Positions 1-7,155 of a stretch of 64,000 nucleotides of DNA are shown piece after piece. How positions within the stretch are numbered: the stretch's first letter is position 1; every line of letters starts with the position of its first letter. Both the position numbers and the translations under genes were made by a program. This DNA comes from a virus. The notes under the pieces were generated by a model, which ran no database searches, was not told the DNA's origin, and saw only the letters and a list, made by a program, of their open reading frames with translations. The stretch is taken from the IMG/VR virus record IMGVR_UViG_3300002063_000001, positions 1 through 64,000 of that record, one strand, 5' to 3'.

Positions 1-81
1 TCAGAACGCAAGTAGCGGATACAACTCTCAGAACGCAAGTAGCGGAGACTACTCTCAGAACGCAAGTAGCGGAAACTACTC
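1..81 (+). repeat. Three tandem copies of a 27-bp unit (TCAGAACGCAAGTAGCGGA + 8 variable nt) at the window edge. They are in frame and encode SQNASSG(Y/D/N)(N/Y) nonapeptides.
   Basis: Direct reading: units at 1-27, 28-54 and 55-81 share an identical 19-nt core. The array may continue upstream of the window. Confidence 0.9.
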
Positions 82-301
82 TACTTGGGAAGTTTCTGGG
101 AGTAACAGCGTAGTAGCTAGTATTGGTATGGGCGACAGGGTTAGGGCTGCTATCGGGACATGGGTAACGCTTGCGGAGTATGAGAGGATTGGTGATGAAC
201 TTGAGTGTGTTAATGTTTTATCTAAAAAGATAGACGGAGAAATATTGAAAGAGGATGTTTACTACTCCCTTGTTGATGGGCAATTCAAAGAAGTAAAATA
301 A
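2..301 (+). CDS. C-terminal fragment (5' end outside the window) of a repeat protein with beta-roll/YadA-head-like S-x-x-A-S-S-G repeats
   Basis: Frame 2 is open from the window edge to TAA at 299-301. Translation: QNASSGYNSQNASSGDYSQNASSGNYSTWEVSGSNSVVASIGMGDRV...VDGQFKEVK*. Confidence 0.6.
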   Translation, partial: QNASSGYNSQNASSGDYSQNASSGNYSTWEVSGSNSVVASIGMGDRVRAAIGTWVTLAEYERIGDELECVNVLSKKIDGEILKEDVYYSLVDGQFKEVK

Positions 302-302
302 T

Positions 303-725
303 ATGCACAACTCAGCAATCACATCACTAAAAACATACGATAGCACTCTTTTTAAAGATAGAGCTATAGGCGTCTCCAAAAGGCTAAAAATAGTAGCTCA
401 CATGTATCGAGATGAAAAGTTTACGTGTAGAGAGCTTATATCAAGGGCCAACAAACACGGAGGCGAACCTATTTCTTTCAAGGCGGGTCAGCCGAGAGTT
501 TCAGAGTTGATCAAGTCTAACTACATGCACAAGACTAGAGAATACAAGAAGGAGAATGGTCGGGATGTAGAAATTTTAAAATATGGTCACTCTATGTTCG
601 GCAAAGTAAAAACTTTTCACGAATGCTTCGTGGAGGAGACTAAAAACCGAATGACTGATGAGGAATTTTTCTTGGTCAATGAAAACGCTAAGAGGATGTT
701 TAAATATAACAGAAAAAGAGCATAG
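303..725 (+). CDS. Hypothetical protein, possible winged-helix DNA-binding protein
   Basis: 140-aa ORF, basic, tightly spaced with its neighbours. The wHTH guess rests only on the FTCRELISRANKHGG...PRVSELIKSNYM segment. Confidence 0.45.
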   Translation: MHNSAITSLKTYDSTLFKDRAIGVSKRLKIVAHMYRDEKFTCRELISRANKHGGEPISFKAGQPRVSELIKSNYMHKTREYKKENGRDVEILKYGHSMFGKVKTFHECFVEETKNRMTDEEFFLVNENAKRMFKYNRKRA

Positions 726-739
726 CGGTTACTTAACCT

Positions 740-3664
740 ATGAATAAATTAAACACAAACCAGCAAATTGCTGTAGACAACATTGACGGACCCGTAATGG
801 TATTAGCTGGCCCAGGCACAGGTAAGACACAGGTGCTATCAGACCGTATCATTAAAATCATCGAAGAGACAGATACGAGCCCTTACAATATTCTATGCTT
901 AACATTCACGGATGCAGGTGTAGTAGCTATGAAGAAGAGATTACTAGAAAATCTCGGACCTATGGCTCATCATTTAAACATTTACACCTTCCACTCATTC
1001 TGCACAAGGGTTATCTATGAAAATCCTGACCTAATCGGGTTCAAAGATTTAGAGGCAGCGGACCAAATAGACATTACTCTAATAATCCGAGAGATTATAG
1101 ATAGCCTACCTAAAGGACACAACCTTAGAAGAGTCTCGGTAAACCCATACTTTGACGAAAAAGCTTTAGCTGACCTCTTCCAAACACTTAAGATGGAAGA
1201 TATGACTTCACTCAATGATCTGACTCAAAAGACTACTGAGTATATCAAAGACCTTCCAAACAAGCCAGAGTTTCAGTACAAGAGAAAATATAAAACCTTT
1301 AATGCTGGAGACCCCAAACCTGCTTTAATTAAGGATGAAACAGATAAGATGTTAAGGCTGCTAAGTGCTGCAGAGCTTTTGCCTAAGTATGACCAGATGC
1401 TCAGGCAAAAGAAACTTTACGATTTTGCAGATATGCTTATTTATGTATCTAAAGCATTCGATAGATACGAGTGGCTGCTCCGTAGATACCAAGAACAATT
1501 CCTTTATGTATTAGTGGATGAGTTCCAAGACACCAACGGTATGCAGTTCAAGCTAATCAACCAACTACTATCCTTTTGGGAAGAGCAAGCTAACATATTT
1601 ACAGTTGGGGATGATGACCAATGCTTGTACCAATTTCAAGGTGCGAGACTAGAAAATCTTGTGCAGTTTGAAAATCAGTATCCGGATATTGTAAAGGTGA
1701 ACCTAGATGTAAACTACAGGTCCAATCAGAATATAATCAATGCAGCTACGAATGTAATCTCTAACAATACCGAGAGACTTTCACAAGACAAGGAATTCAA
1801 AGCTCACAGTAAAGAAATCAAAAACGTAGAGTGCTTTCAGTACGAGTCATTAGAAGACGAATACACCGATGCTATCAGCTATGCTCAGCAGAGACTAGAC
1901 AAAGGAGACTCGGTTGCCATCATATACAGCAAACATAGACAAGTAGAGCCTATTGTAAACGCATTAGAGGCGATGGGAGCTCCATACACGACTAAGAAGC
2001 GTAAAGATGGCTTAAACGACCCTATAATTGATTGTGTAATAAGTTTGTTGATATACTTCAACGACCCTATCAGATATGATGCAGTGTTGTATGGGATATT
2101 AAACTATCCTTTTATGGACATCACACCATTTGAGGCAGCGGAACTTTTCCAAAGTAAAAGAGTTCATAATGCGATAGAGGGCAATGAACATAAGATATTA
2201 CTCCAGTTTATAGAGTCTTCTGAGGTTAGAATAAAAGAGTTTATAGAGTATGGCATCAACTACGCTCCTATATCCTCGCCCTTCACCTTCTATAAGTGGG
2301 TTGTTCATAATTCCGGGATGCTTCATTATTTCAAAGACCAAGACTATGCTCTATCTGTGCTAAAAACATTCGCAGATTTCATAGAAAATCAACAAAGCAA
2401 GAACCCGAGACTTACGATAAAGAAACTAATCAATATCATCATTGCTCTTCAAGAGAATAAGATAGCTATGCCTGTGCAAAGCATCGTTGCCAATGGTGGG
2501 ATAAATCTATTATCGGCACACGGATCTAAAGGATTAGAGTTCGATACAGTCATAATGATTGATTGCACCAAGACTTGGGAGCCAGGAAGAGGAGGGAGTA
2601 AGTTTAAGTTCCCCGACAATATTACACTATCGGGAGAAGAGGCTAGCTTAGAGTTTAGCCGTAGAGCTTTCTACGTAGCTATGACTAGAGCTAAGAGTAG
2701 GTTAAGAATGTCTTACTCGGCAAAACACGGAGATAAAGACAAGAATCCTTCTCAGTTTATATCCGAATCAGAAGTAGAAATAACTAAAGCAAGCACATCT
2801 TCAGATAAAATAAGAAACTTTGTTCAGAATAGCCTTCAAGGATTGTCTACTATAAATGCTGCAGACATTAACGACCAGTACATAGCAGAAAACCTAGAAG
2901 ACTTCACACTAAGCTTCTCGGCTATGTCTACTTACCAAAGGTGCCCTATCTCCTTCTACTATCAGTATGTGCTCAAAGTGCCTATTATAGAGAAGTCCCA
3001 CCTAGAGTTTGGTAATGCTGTGCACTCTGGCTTAGAAATGTTCTACCGAGATATGCTTCGTAATAAGAAGAAATTCGGCAGCAAGTTAGATGTAATAAAG
3101 TACTTTAAAGAGTATATGACATCCAATGAGTTTAAATTCTCGTCAGTAGACTACCCTAGATATGTAGACAGAGGAGAAGAAGCATTAAACTCTTACATAA
3201 AAGAAATAGAACTCTCTACAACCGTAAGAGTAGAGCAGCATATTTCTAATTGTGAGATAGAAGGAGTTCCTGTAAAGGGCATAATAGACCTTTTGTCTTT
3301 CACATCAGATATAGATGTAGACATTACCGACTACAAAACGGGCAAGTACAAGAAAGAAAACTATGCCGAAGGAGACTCTGAGAACATTGGAGGGAAGCAC
3401 TGGAGACAAGCTAATTTTTACTTCGCTCTTCTCTTTGCTCAGTCCAAAGAGAATTGGGTGCCAAAGTCGTGTACTTTCAGTTATGTAGAGCCTACAGATA
3501 AAGGGCATAAAAATGTCACTATAGAGAATGACAGCCAAGGTCTACACATCATACGTAATCAAATAAAACAAACATATAAATCAATTCAAAACCAAGAGTT
3601 CTCTACCGGATGCGGAGAAGAGAACTGTCAATGGTGCAACTTACAAAACATTAAAAATTTATAA
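740..3664 (+). CDS. UvrD/PcrA/RecB-type SF1 helicase fused to a C-terminal PD-(D/E)XK (Cas4/AddB-like) nuclease with a four-Cys cluster
   Basis: Helicase motifs: GPGTGKT (I), TFTDAG (Ia), YTFHSFC, VDEFQDTN (II), VGDDDQCLYQFQGAR (III), VNYRSN (IV), SAHGSKGLEFD (V), YVAMTRAK (VI). Nuclease region: YQRCP (Cys1), IDLL...DITDYKTGK (D..D/ExK), QANFY, and terminal CGEENCQWC (Cys2-4). Confidence 0.9.
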   Translation: MNKLNTNQQIAVDNIDGPVMVLAGPGTGKTQVLSDRIIKIIEETDTSPYNILCLTFTDAGVVAMKKRLLENLGPMAHHLNIYTFHSFCTRVIYENPDLIGFKDLEAADQIDITLIIREIIDSLPKGHNLRRVSVNPYFDEKALADLFQTLKMEDMTSLNDLTQKTTEYIKDLPNKPEFQYKRKYKTFNAGDPKPALIKDETDKMLRLLSAAELLPKYDQMLRQKKLYDFADMLIYVSKAFDRYEWLLRRYQEQFLYVLVDEFQDTNGMQFKLINQLLSFWEEQANIFTVGDDDQCLYQFQGARLENLVQFENQYPDIVKVNLDVNYRSNQNIINAATNVISNNTERLSQDKEFKAHSKEIKNVECFQYESLEDEYTDAISYAQQRLDKGDSVAIIYSKHRQVEPIVNALEAMGAPYTTKKRKDGLNDPIIDCVISLLIYFNDPIRYDAVLYGILNYPFMDITPFEAAELFQSKRVHNAIEGNEHKILLQFIESSEVRIKEFIEYGINYAPISSPFTFYKWVVHNSGMLHYFKDQDYALSVLKTFADFIENQQSKNPRLTIKKLINIIIALQENKIAMPVQSIVANGGINLLSAHGSKGLEFDTVIMIDCTKTWEPGRGGSKFKFPDNITLSGEEASLEFSRRAFYVAMTRAKSRLRMSYSAKHGDKDKNPSQFISESEVEITKASTSSDKIRNFVQNSLQGLSTINAADINDQYIAENLEDFTLSFSAMSTYQRCPISFYYQYVLKVPIIEKSHLEFGNAVHSGLEMFYRDMLRNKKKFGSKLDVIKYFKEYMTSNEFKFSSVDYPRYVDRGEEALNSYIKEIELSTTVRVEQHISNCEIEGVPVKGIIDLLSFTSDIDVDITDYKTGKYKKENYAEGDSENIGGKHWRQANFYFALLFAQSKENWVPKSCTFSYVEPTDKGHKNVTIENDSQGLHIIRNQIKQTYKSIQNQEFSTGCGEENCQWCNLQNIKNL

Positions 3665-3668
3665 AACA

Positions 3669-3893
3669 ATGGAACAGAAAATTCAAGAGCTTAAGAAGCT
3701 GAGATTAGCTCACTTAGCAGCACTAGAGTACGATTACTGCCCTTCGGCCGAAGAAGCAAGCAATATCATCAAAGAATTAGAAGGATTCGATGATATAGGA
3801 GTTGATGATCTAGGGAAAATTCTTACAAAGAATGAGGGGGCTAGTGCATCAAATATAGAAGAAGAAGTATTTTTAATAATAAAAGATTTATAA
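3669..3893 (+). CDS. Hypothetical small acidic protein
   Basis: 74-aa ORF. Its start context ATTTATAAAACAATG is identical to that of the next gene. Confidence 0.5.
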   Translation: MEQKIQELKKLRLAHLAALEYDYCPSAEEASNIIKELEGFDDIGVDDLGKILTKNEGASASNIEEEVFLIIKDL

Positions 3894-3897
3894 AACA

Positions 3898-4617
3898 ATG
3901 AGCAGAAAAGACGAATTTAATCAAGTAGAGAACCCAACTAGCATATATGCCGAGTGGAGCACTCCAAACAAAAGCCTAGTCTACTATGACAAGGAGAAGA
4001 AAGAAAACAAGGCCATTAAGAACGGCACAAGGTTCTTAGTACTTAAAGAAACCGTATGTATCAAAGGATGGGACAACAACTCTGAATCTAGTATTTGGTC
4101 TAACGAGGTGCTCTCTACAGTAGACACCCCACTAGTGGTAAAAAGCCACAAGGGAGGAGAGCTTGCAAGGGGATTGTATGCCGACATTAGAGAGTCTATA
4201 GTAAACAAAGGTGCTAAGTACACTAAGAATGTTTACTGTATGACCGAAAAGGGTTCTATCGTTTGCTTGCAAATGTACGGAGCTGCTATAGGTGCTTGGA
4301 TGGAGTTTACCCAAAAGACTCGTAAAAGATTGGCTGACGAGTGGTTTGTAATAGGGAGCACTGAGGATCGTAAGCAGGGAAGTGTCAATTACGTTGTTCC
4401 TGTGTTCGAGTTCCAGTCTAGCTTAAGTGATGAGCAAGACACTAAGTCTGAAGAGCAATACGAAATCCTAAAAACATTCCTAGAAGCTAAGCTAAAGCGT
4501 CCCTTAAAGGAAGACACGCCAGCAGGAGAACAAGAGATGCCCAAGTCAGAAGAAGCTGCAGCGGTAGAGATGATAGCGTCTATTGTTGAAGATGGAGACG
4601 ACGATTTACCTTTTTAA
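3898..4617 (+). CDS. Putative ssDNA-binding protein (T7 gp2.5-like size, SSB-type acidic C-terminal tail)
   Basis: 239 aa, in the replication module. The acidic C-terminus ends EDGDDDLPF, which resembles the bacterial SSB tip DDDIPF and the T7 gp2.5 terminal acidic-Phe tail. Confidence 0.45.
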   Translation: MSRKDEFNQVENPTSIYAEWSTPNKSLVYYDKEKKENKAIKNGTRFLVLKETVCIKGWDNNSESSIWSNEVLSTVDTPLVVKSHKGGELARGLYADIRESIVNKGAKYTKNVYCMTEKGSIVCLQMYGAAIGAWMEFTQKTRKRLADEWFVIGSTEDRKQGSVNYVVPVFEFQSSLSDEQDTKSEEQYEILKTFLEAKLKRPLKEDTPAGEQEMPKSEEAAAVEMIASIVEDGDDDLPF

Positions 4618-4636
4618 CATAAATTAATTTCAAATA

Positions 4637-4759
4637 ATGAACGGAAAAACAGCAAGAAAGCTTCGTAAAGAAGCTGAAGAAGAGACAGTGGGGTTAGACA
4701 AACAGACCACTCGAAAATTGTATAGGAAGAAGAAAAAAAACTATCGAACAAAAACCTAA
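4637..4759 (+). CDS. Possible 40-aa highly basic peptide (MNGKTARKLRKEAEEETVGLDKQTTRKLYRKKKKNYRTKT)
   Basis: ATG-to-TAA ORF filling an otherwise empty 190-bp gap. It is below the ORF-track length cutoff and has no other support. Confidence 0.25.
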   Translation: MNGKTARKLRKEAEEETVGLDKQTTRKLYRKKKKNYRTKT

Positions 4760-4806
4760 ACCTATAGGGCAATTAACTAAAACCAAACCCAGAAACAAGT
4801 CGGAAG

Positions 4807-5538
4807 ATGTTTGTCTGGGATTTTTTGGTGCCAATAATGAGAAAAGGAAGTATAAAGATCAATAATTCGATACAAGACACATTTGTCTTTACTAAACCTC
4901 AGTATTTATACTGGTGGACCTTAATCAAATTTGAGAGCCACAAGCTCGGCAGAACCTACATGGTAGGGAATGAGCAAAAGGAATTAGCCAAAGGGCAGCT
5001 ATGTATGTCTTACAGAGGGTATGGTCAACTCCTAAATTGTACCGACAAAACTGCCAAAAACTTCATCGAAAAACTCCAAGAAGCAGGGCTGATAAAAACG
5101 CAAGACTCCGCACATAACTCCGCACACAACTCCGCACCTACGAAGCTAGTATTTACGGGCGATTACGCTGGTTTTTTGAAGGCACACTCCGCACATAACT
5201 CCGCACTTATCTCCGCACCCTATTGTGTAGATGTAGACGGTAAAGAATATACCGAAGAAGAACTGTATGAGAAGTACAAGAAATTCGTTTCCTACTTTGT
5301 CAAAGAAACGGGGAATACTTATGCGGCAAAAAAGGAAGACCTTAAAAATTTTAAATATTGGTTAGGGCATTACACTAACAGACAGATAGCTCAAGCCGTC
5401 AAAAATTTTGACGACACTTTTTGGGCAGATGACCTTACTCCTCAGCTATTATTCAGACAAAAGAGTCGGAATCAAGACTCCGTAGACTACATAGGGCAAC
5501 TACTCAACCATAAACCAAAACAGAAAGAACTTGTATGA
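4807..5538 (+). CDS. Putative replication initiator/replisome organizer (N-terminal wHTH, C-terminal Phg_2220_C/DnaD-like segment)
   Basis: The N-terminal region GQLLNCTDKTAKNFIEKLQEAGLIK looks like a wHTH. The C-terminal VSYFVKETGNTYAAKKEDLKNFKYWLGHYTNRQIAQAVKNFDDTFWADDLTPQLLFRQ resembles the conserved phage C-terminus family. Iterons lie in the linker. The stop overlaps the helicase start (ATGA). Confidence 0.55.
   Translation: MFVWDFLVPIMRKGSIKINNSIQDTFVFTKPQYLYWWTLIKFESHKLGRTYMVGNEQKELAKGQLCMSYRGYGQLLNCTDKTAKNFIEKLQEAGLIKTQDSAHNSAHNSAPTKLVFTGDYAGFLKAHSAHNSALISAPYCVDVDGKEYTEEELYEKYKKFVSYFVKETGNTYAAKKEDLKNFKYWLGHYTNRQIAQAVKNFDDTFWADDLTPQLLFRQKSRNQDSVDYIGQLLNHKPKQKELV
5106..5218. repeat. 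Six CTCCGCAC iterons in two triplets with exact 12-bp phasing; candidate replication origin inside the initiator gene
   Basis: CTCCGCAC occurs at 5106, 5118, 5130 and at 5187, 5199, 5211. The repeats translate as the low-complexity linker SAHNSAHNSAP...HSAHNSALISAP. Confidence 0.6.
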
Positions 5539-6473
5539 TAAAGAAAAGCTCAGAGATACTGGATGAGTTAATGAACCTTCAGAAGAATGGGTTGCCTCCA
5601 GGCTTTAATGTTGGGCATACTGAATTAGATAAGCACATCAAGTTTGTCAAAGGTGGGTGCACAGACATTACCGGATACCCTTTTTACGGTAAATCTATCG
5701 TAGCCAAGGAGTTTATGGTGGGTCTTGCACTGAATCACAACTGGAAGTTTCTAGCATATATGGCCGATGATGGTTCAGATGTAGAAGTACTAAGTAACCT
5801 AATGCAGAAGATAACGGGAAAGACTTTTATAAGGGGCAGGCAAAATTCTATATCAGAAAAAGAAATAACCAAGATGTATATGAATCTTACCAATACATTC
5901 AAGTTTGTCTCAGGGGTCAACAAGATGGAACCAATGGAGTTTTGGGAGCTAGGGAAAGAACTCGGTGTAGATGCCACAATGATAGATAGCTGGAACTACA
6001 TGCTCCACAAAGGAGAGCCTACAGACCCAAAGTATCTAAGAACAATACTCTCGGATAGAAACGTATTTATGGAGTCTAACAAAATGCACTCCTTCACCAT
6101 TATACATCCTAAAAATCCCGACCCTAAAGCAAACAAAGACGGAGTAATATCAAGACCTACAGTATACAGTATGATGGGAGGTAGTGAGTGGAATAACAAT
6201 GGGCGAAACATCATAGTTATACATAAAAACAGCAAGGAACACCATCAGCCATATCAAGTGCATATCGACAAGGTAAAACCTAAACACTATGGAGAAGTTG
6301 GTTGTGCTACACTATGGCTAGATTGGGAGAAGCAAAAGTTCTATACCAGAGAATCTGCAGATGGAGATGTCCTTACTCGTAAAACATACGCCTATGGAGA
6401 AAATAAGGAAGAGATAATCAAAGATCCTATGAGTGATATTCAATTTAATGTAGAAGATAACGAGCCATTTTAG
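5535..6473 (+). CDS. RecA-fold replicative helicase (DnaB C-terminal / T7 gp4 helicase-domain-like)
   Basis: Walker A is GYPFYGKS and the Walker B-like segment is ATMIDSWNY. FTIIHPKN and GGSEWNNNGRNIIVIH are the H3/H4-like blocks. The acidic tail ends VEDNEPF. Confidence 0.65.
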   Translation: MIKKSSEILDELMNLQKNGLPPGFNVGHTELDKHIKFVKGGCTDITGYPFYGKSIVAKEFMVGLALNHNWKFLAYMADDGSDVEVLSNLMQKITGKTFIRGRQNSISEKEITKMYMNLTNTFKFVSGVNKMEPMEFWELGKELGVDATMIDSWNYMLHKGEPTDPKYLRTILSDRNVFMESNKMHSFTIIHPKNPDPKANKDGVISRPTVYSMMGGSEWNNNGRNIIVIHKNSKEHHQPYQVHIDKVKPKHYGEVGCATLWLDWEKQKFYTRESADGDVLTRKTYAYGENKEEIIKDPMSDIQFNVEDNEPF

Positions 6474-6475
6474 AT

Positions 6476-6880
6476 ATGAAAGGACCAAAATCAGACAAAG
6501 AAATAAAAGAATTGATCGCCGGGTTTGAATCGCCAATCAGGAAGGCTAAGAAAGTTATATCCTTTATGCGTGGAAAAATTACTAGGCTTAAGTTGTCGGG
6601 ATCAGCCAATCTTAAAGCAATGGAAAGAGTCGAGACACTTGAAGCTTTAGTTCACTACACATCTCATATAAAAGCAGAGATAAACGAGTCTAATGACAAC
6701 GTAGCCCGATGGTTTATGGCTTACGGTGAACTAAATAAGAAATATAAAAAAAAATGTGTCGAATTAAGCATCCTAGAAAAAATCAGTGAAATAGGTATGG
6801 ATGAAGTTAGAAAGGACTTGGACAATTACTGGGATGAAAAAGAGAAAAAGAGTCAAATTTTTAAAACAAACCAACAATGA
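6476..6880 (+). CDS. Hypothetical protein (coiled-coil-rich)
   Basis: 134-aa ORF whose end overlaps the next start. No recognisable motif. Confidence 0.5.
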   Translation: MKGPKSDKEIKELIAGFESPIRKAKKVISFMRGKITRLKLSGSANLKAMERVETLEALVHYTSHIKAEINESNDNVARWFMAYGELNKKYKKKCVELSILEKISEIGMDEVRKDLDNYWDEKEKKSQIFKTNQQ

Positions 6881-7155
6881 GTAAAGCACAACAACCAATA
6901 CAGAAAGAACTATTACTCTATCTCCTTTTAGCACAAGCAGAGGGGATAGCAGCCGAGATAGGAGTGGGTAATTCCTTAAAAAAATCTATTCGATCTATGA
7001 AAAGCTACGTAGAAAAAGAAGATGACAAGCTCAATCAAACAAAAGTAGGTGGAGTTATAAGCGAAGTAGCTAATTTTAACTTCACCAGAATAGTAGAAGG
7101 AATTACCAATGAAGTAATATTCACTGATAAAGGAGAAATAAAAATAGTCATCTAA
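6877..7155 (+). CDS. Hypothetical protein
   Basis: 92-aa ORF. Its stop codon overlaps the stop of the convergent gene 7152..9404. Confidence 0.45.
   Translation: MSKAQQPIQKELLLYLLLAQAEGIAAEIGVGNSLKKSIRSMKSYVEKEDDKLNQTKVGGVISEVANFNFTRIVEGITNEVIFTDKGEIKIVI

Noticed and set aside
7152-7155. Convergent genes 6877..7155 (+) and 7152..9404 (-) overlap at their stop codons with no terminator between them
   Set aside because: The overlap is real in the sequence, but it is probably just compact genome packing. It gives no evidence of a specific mechanism.
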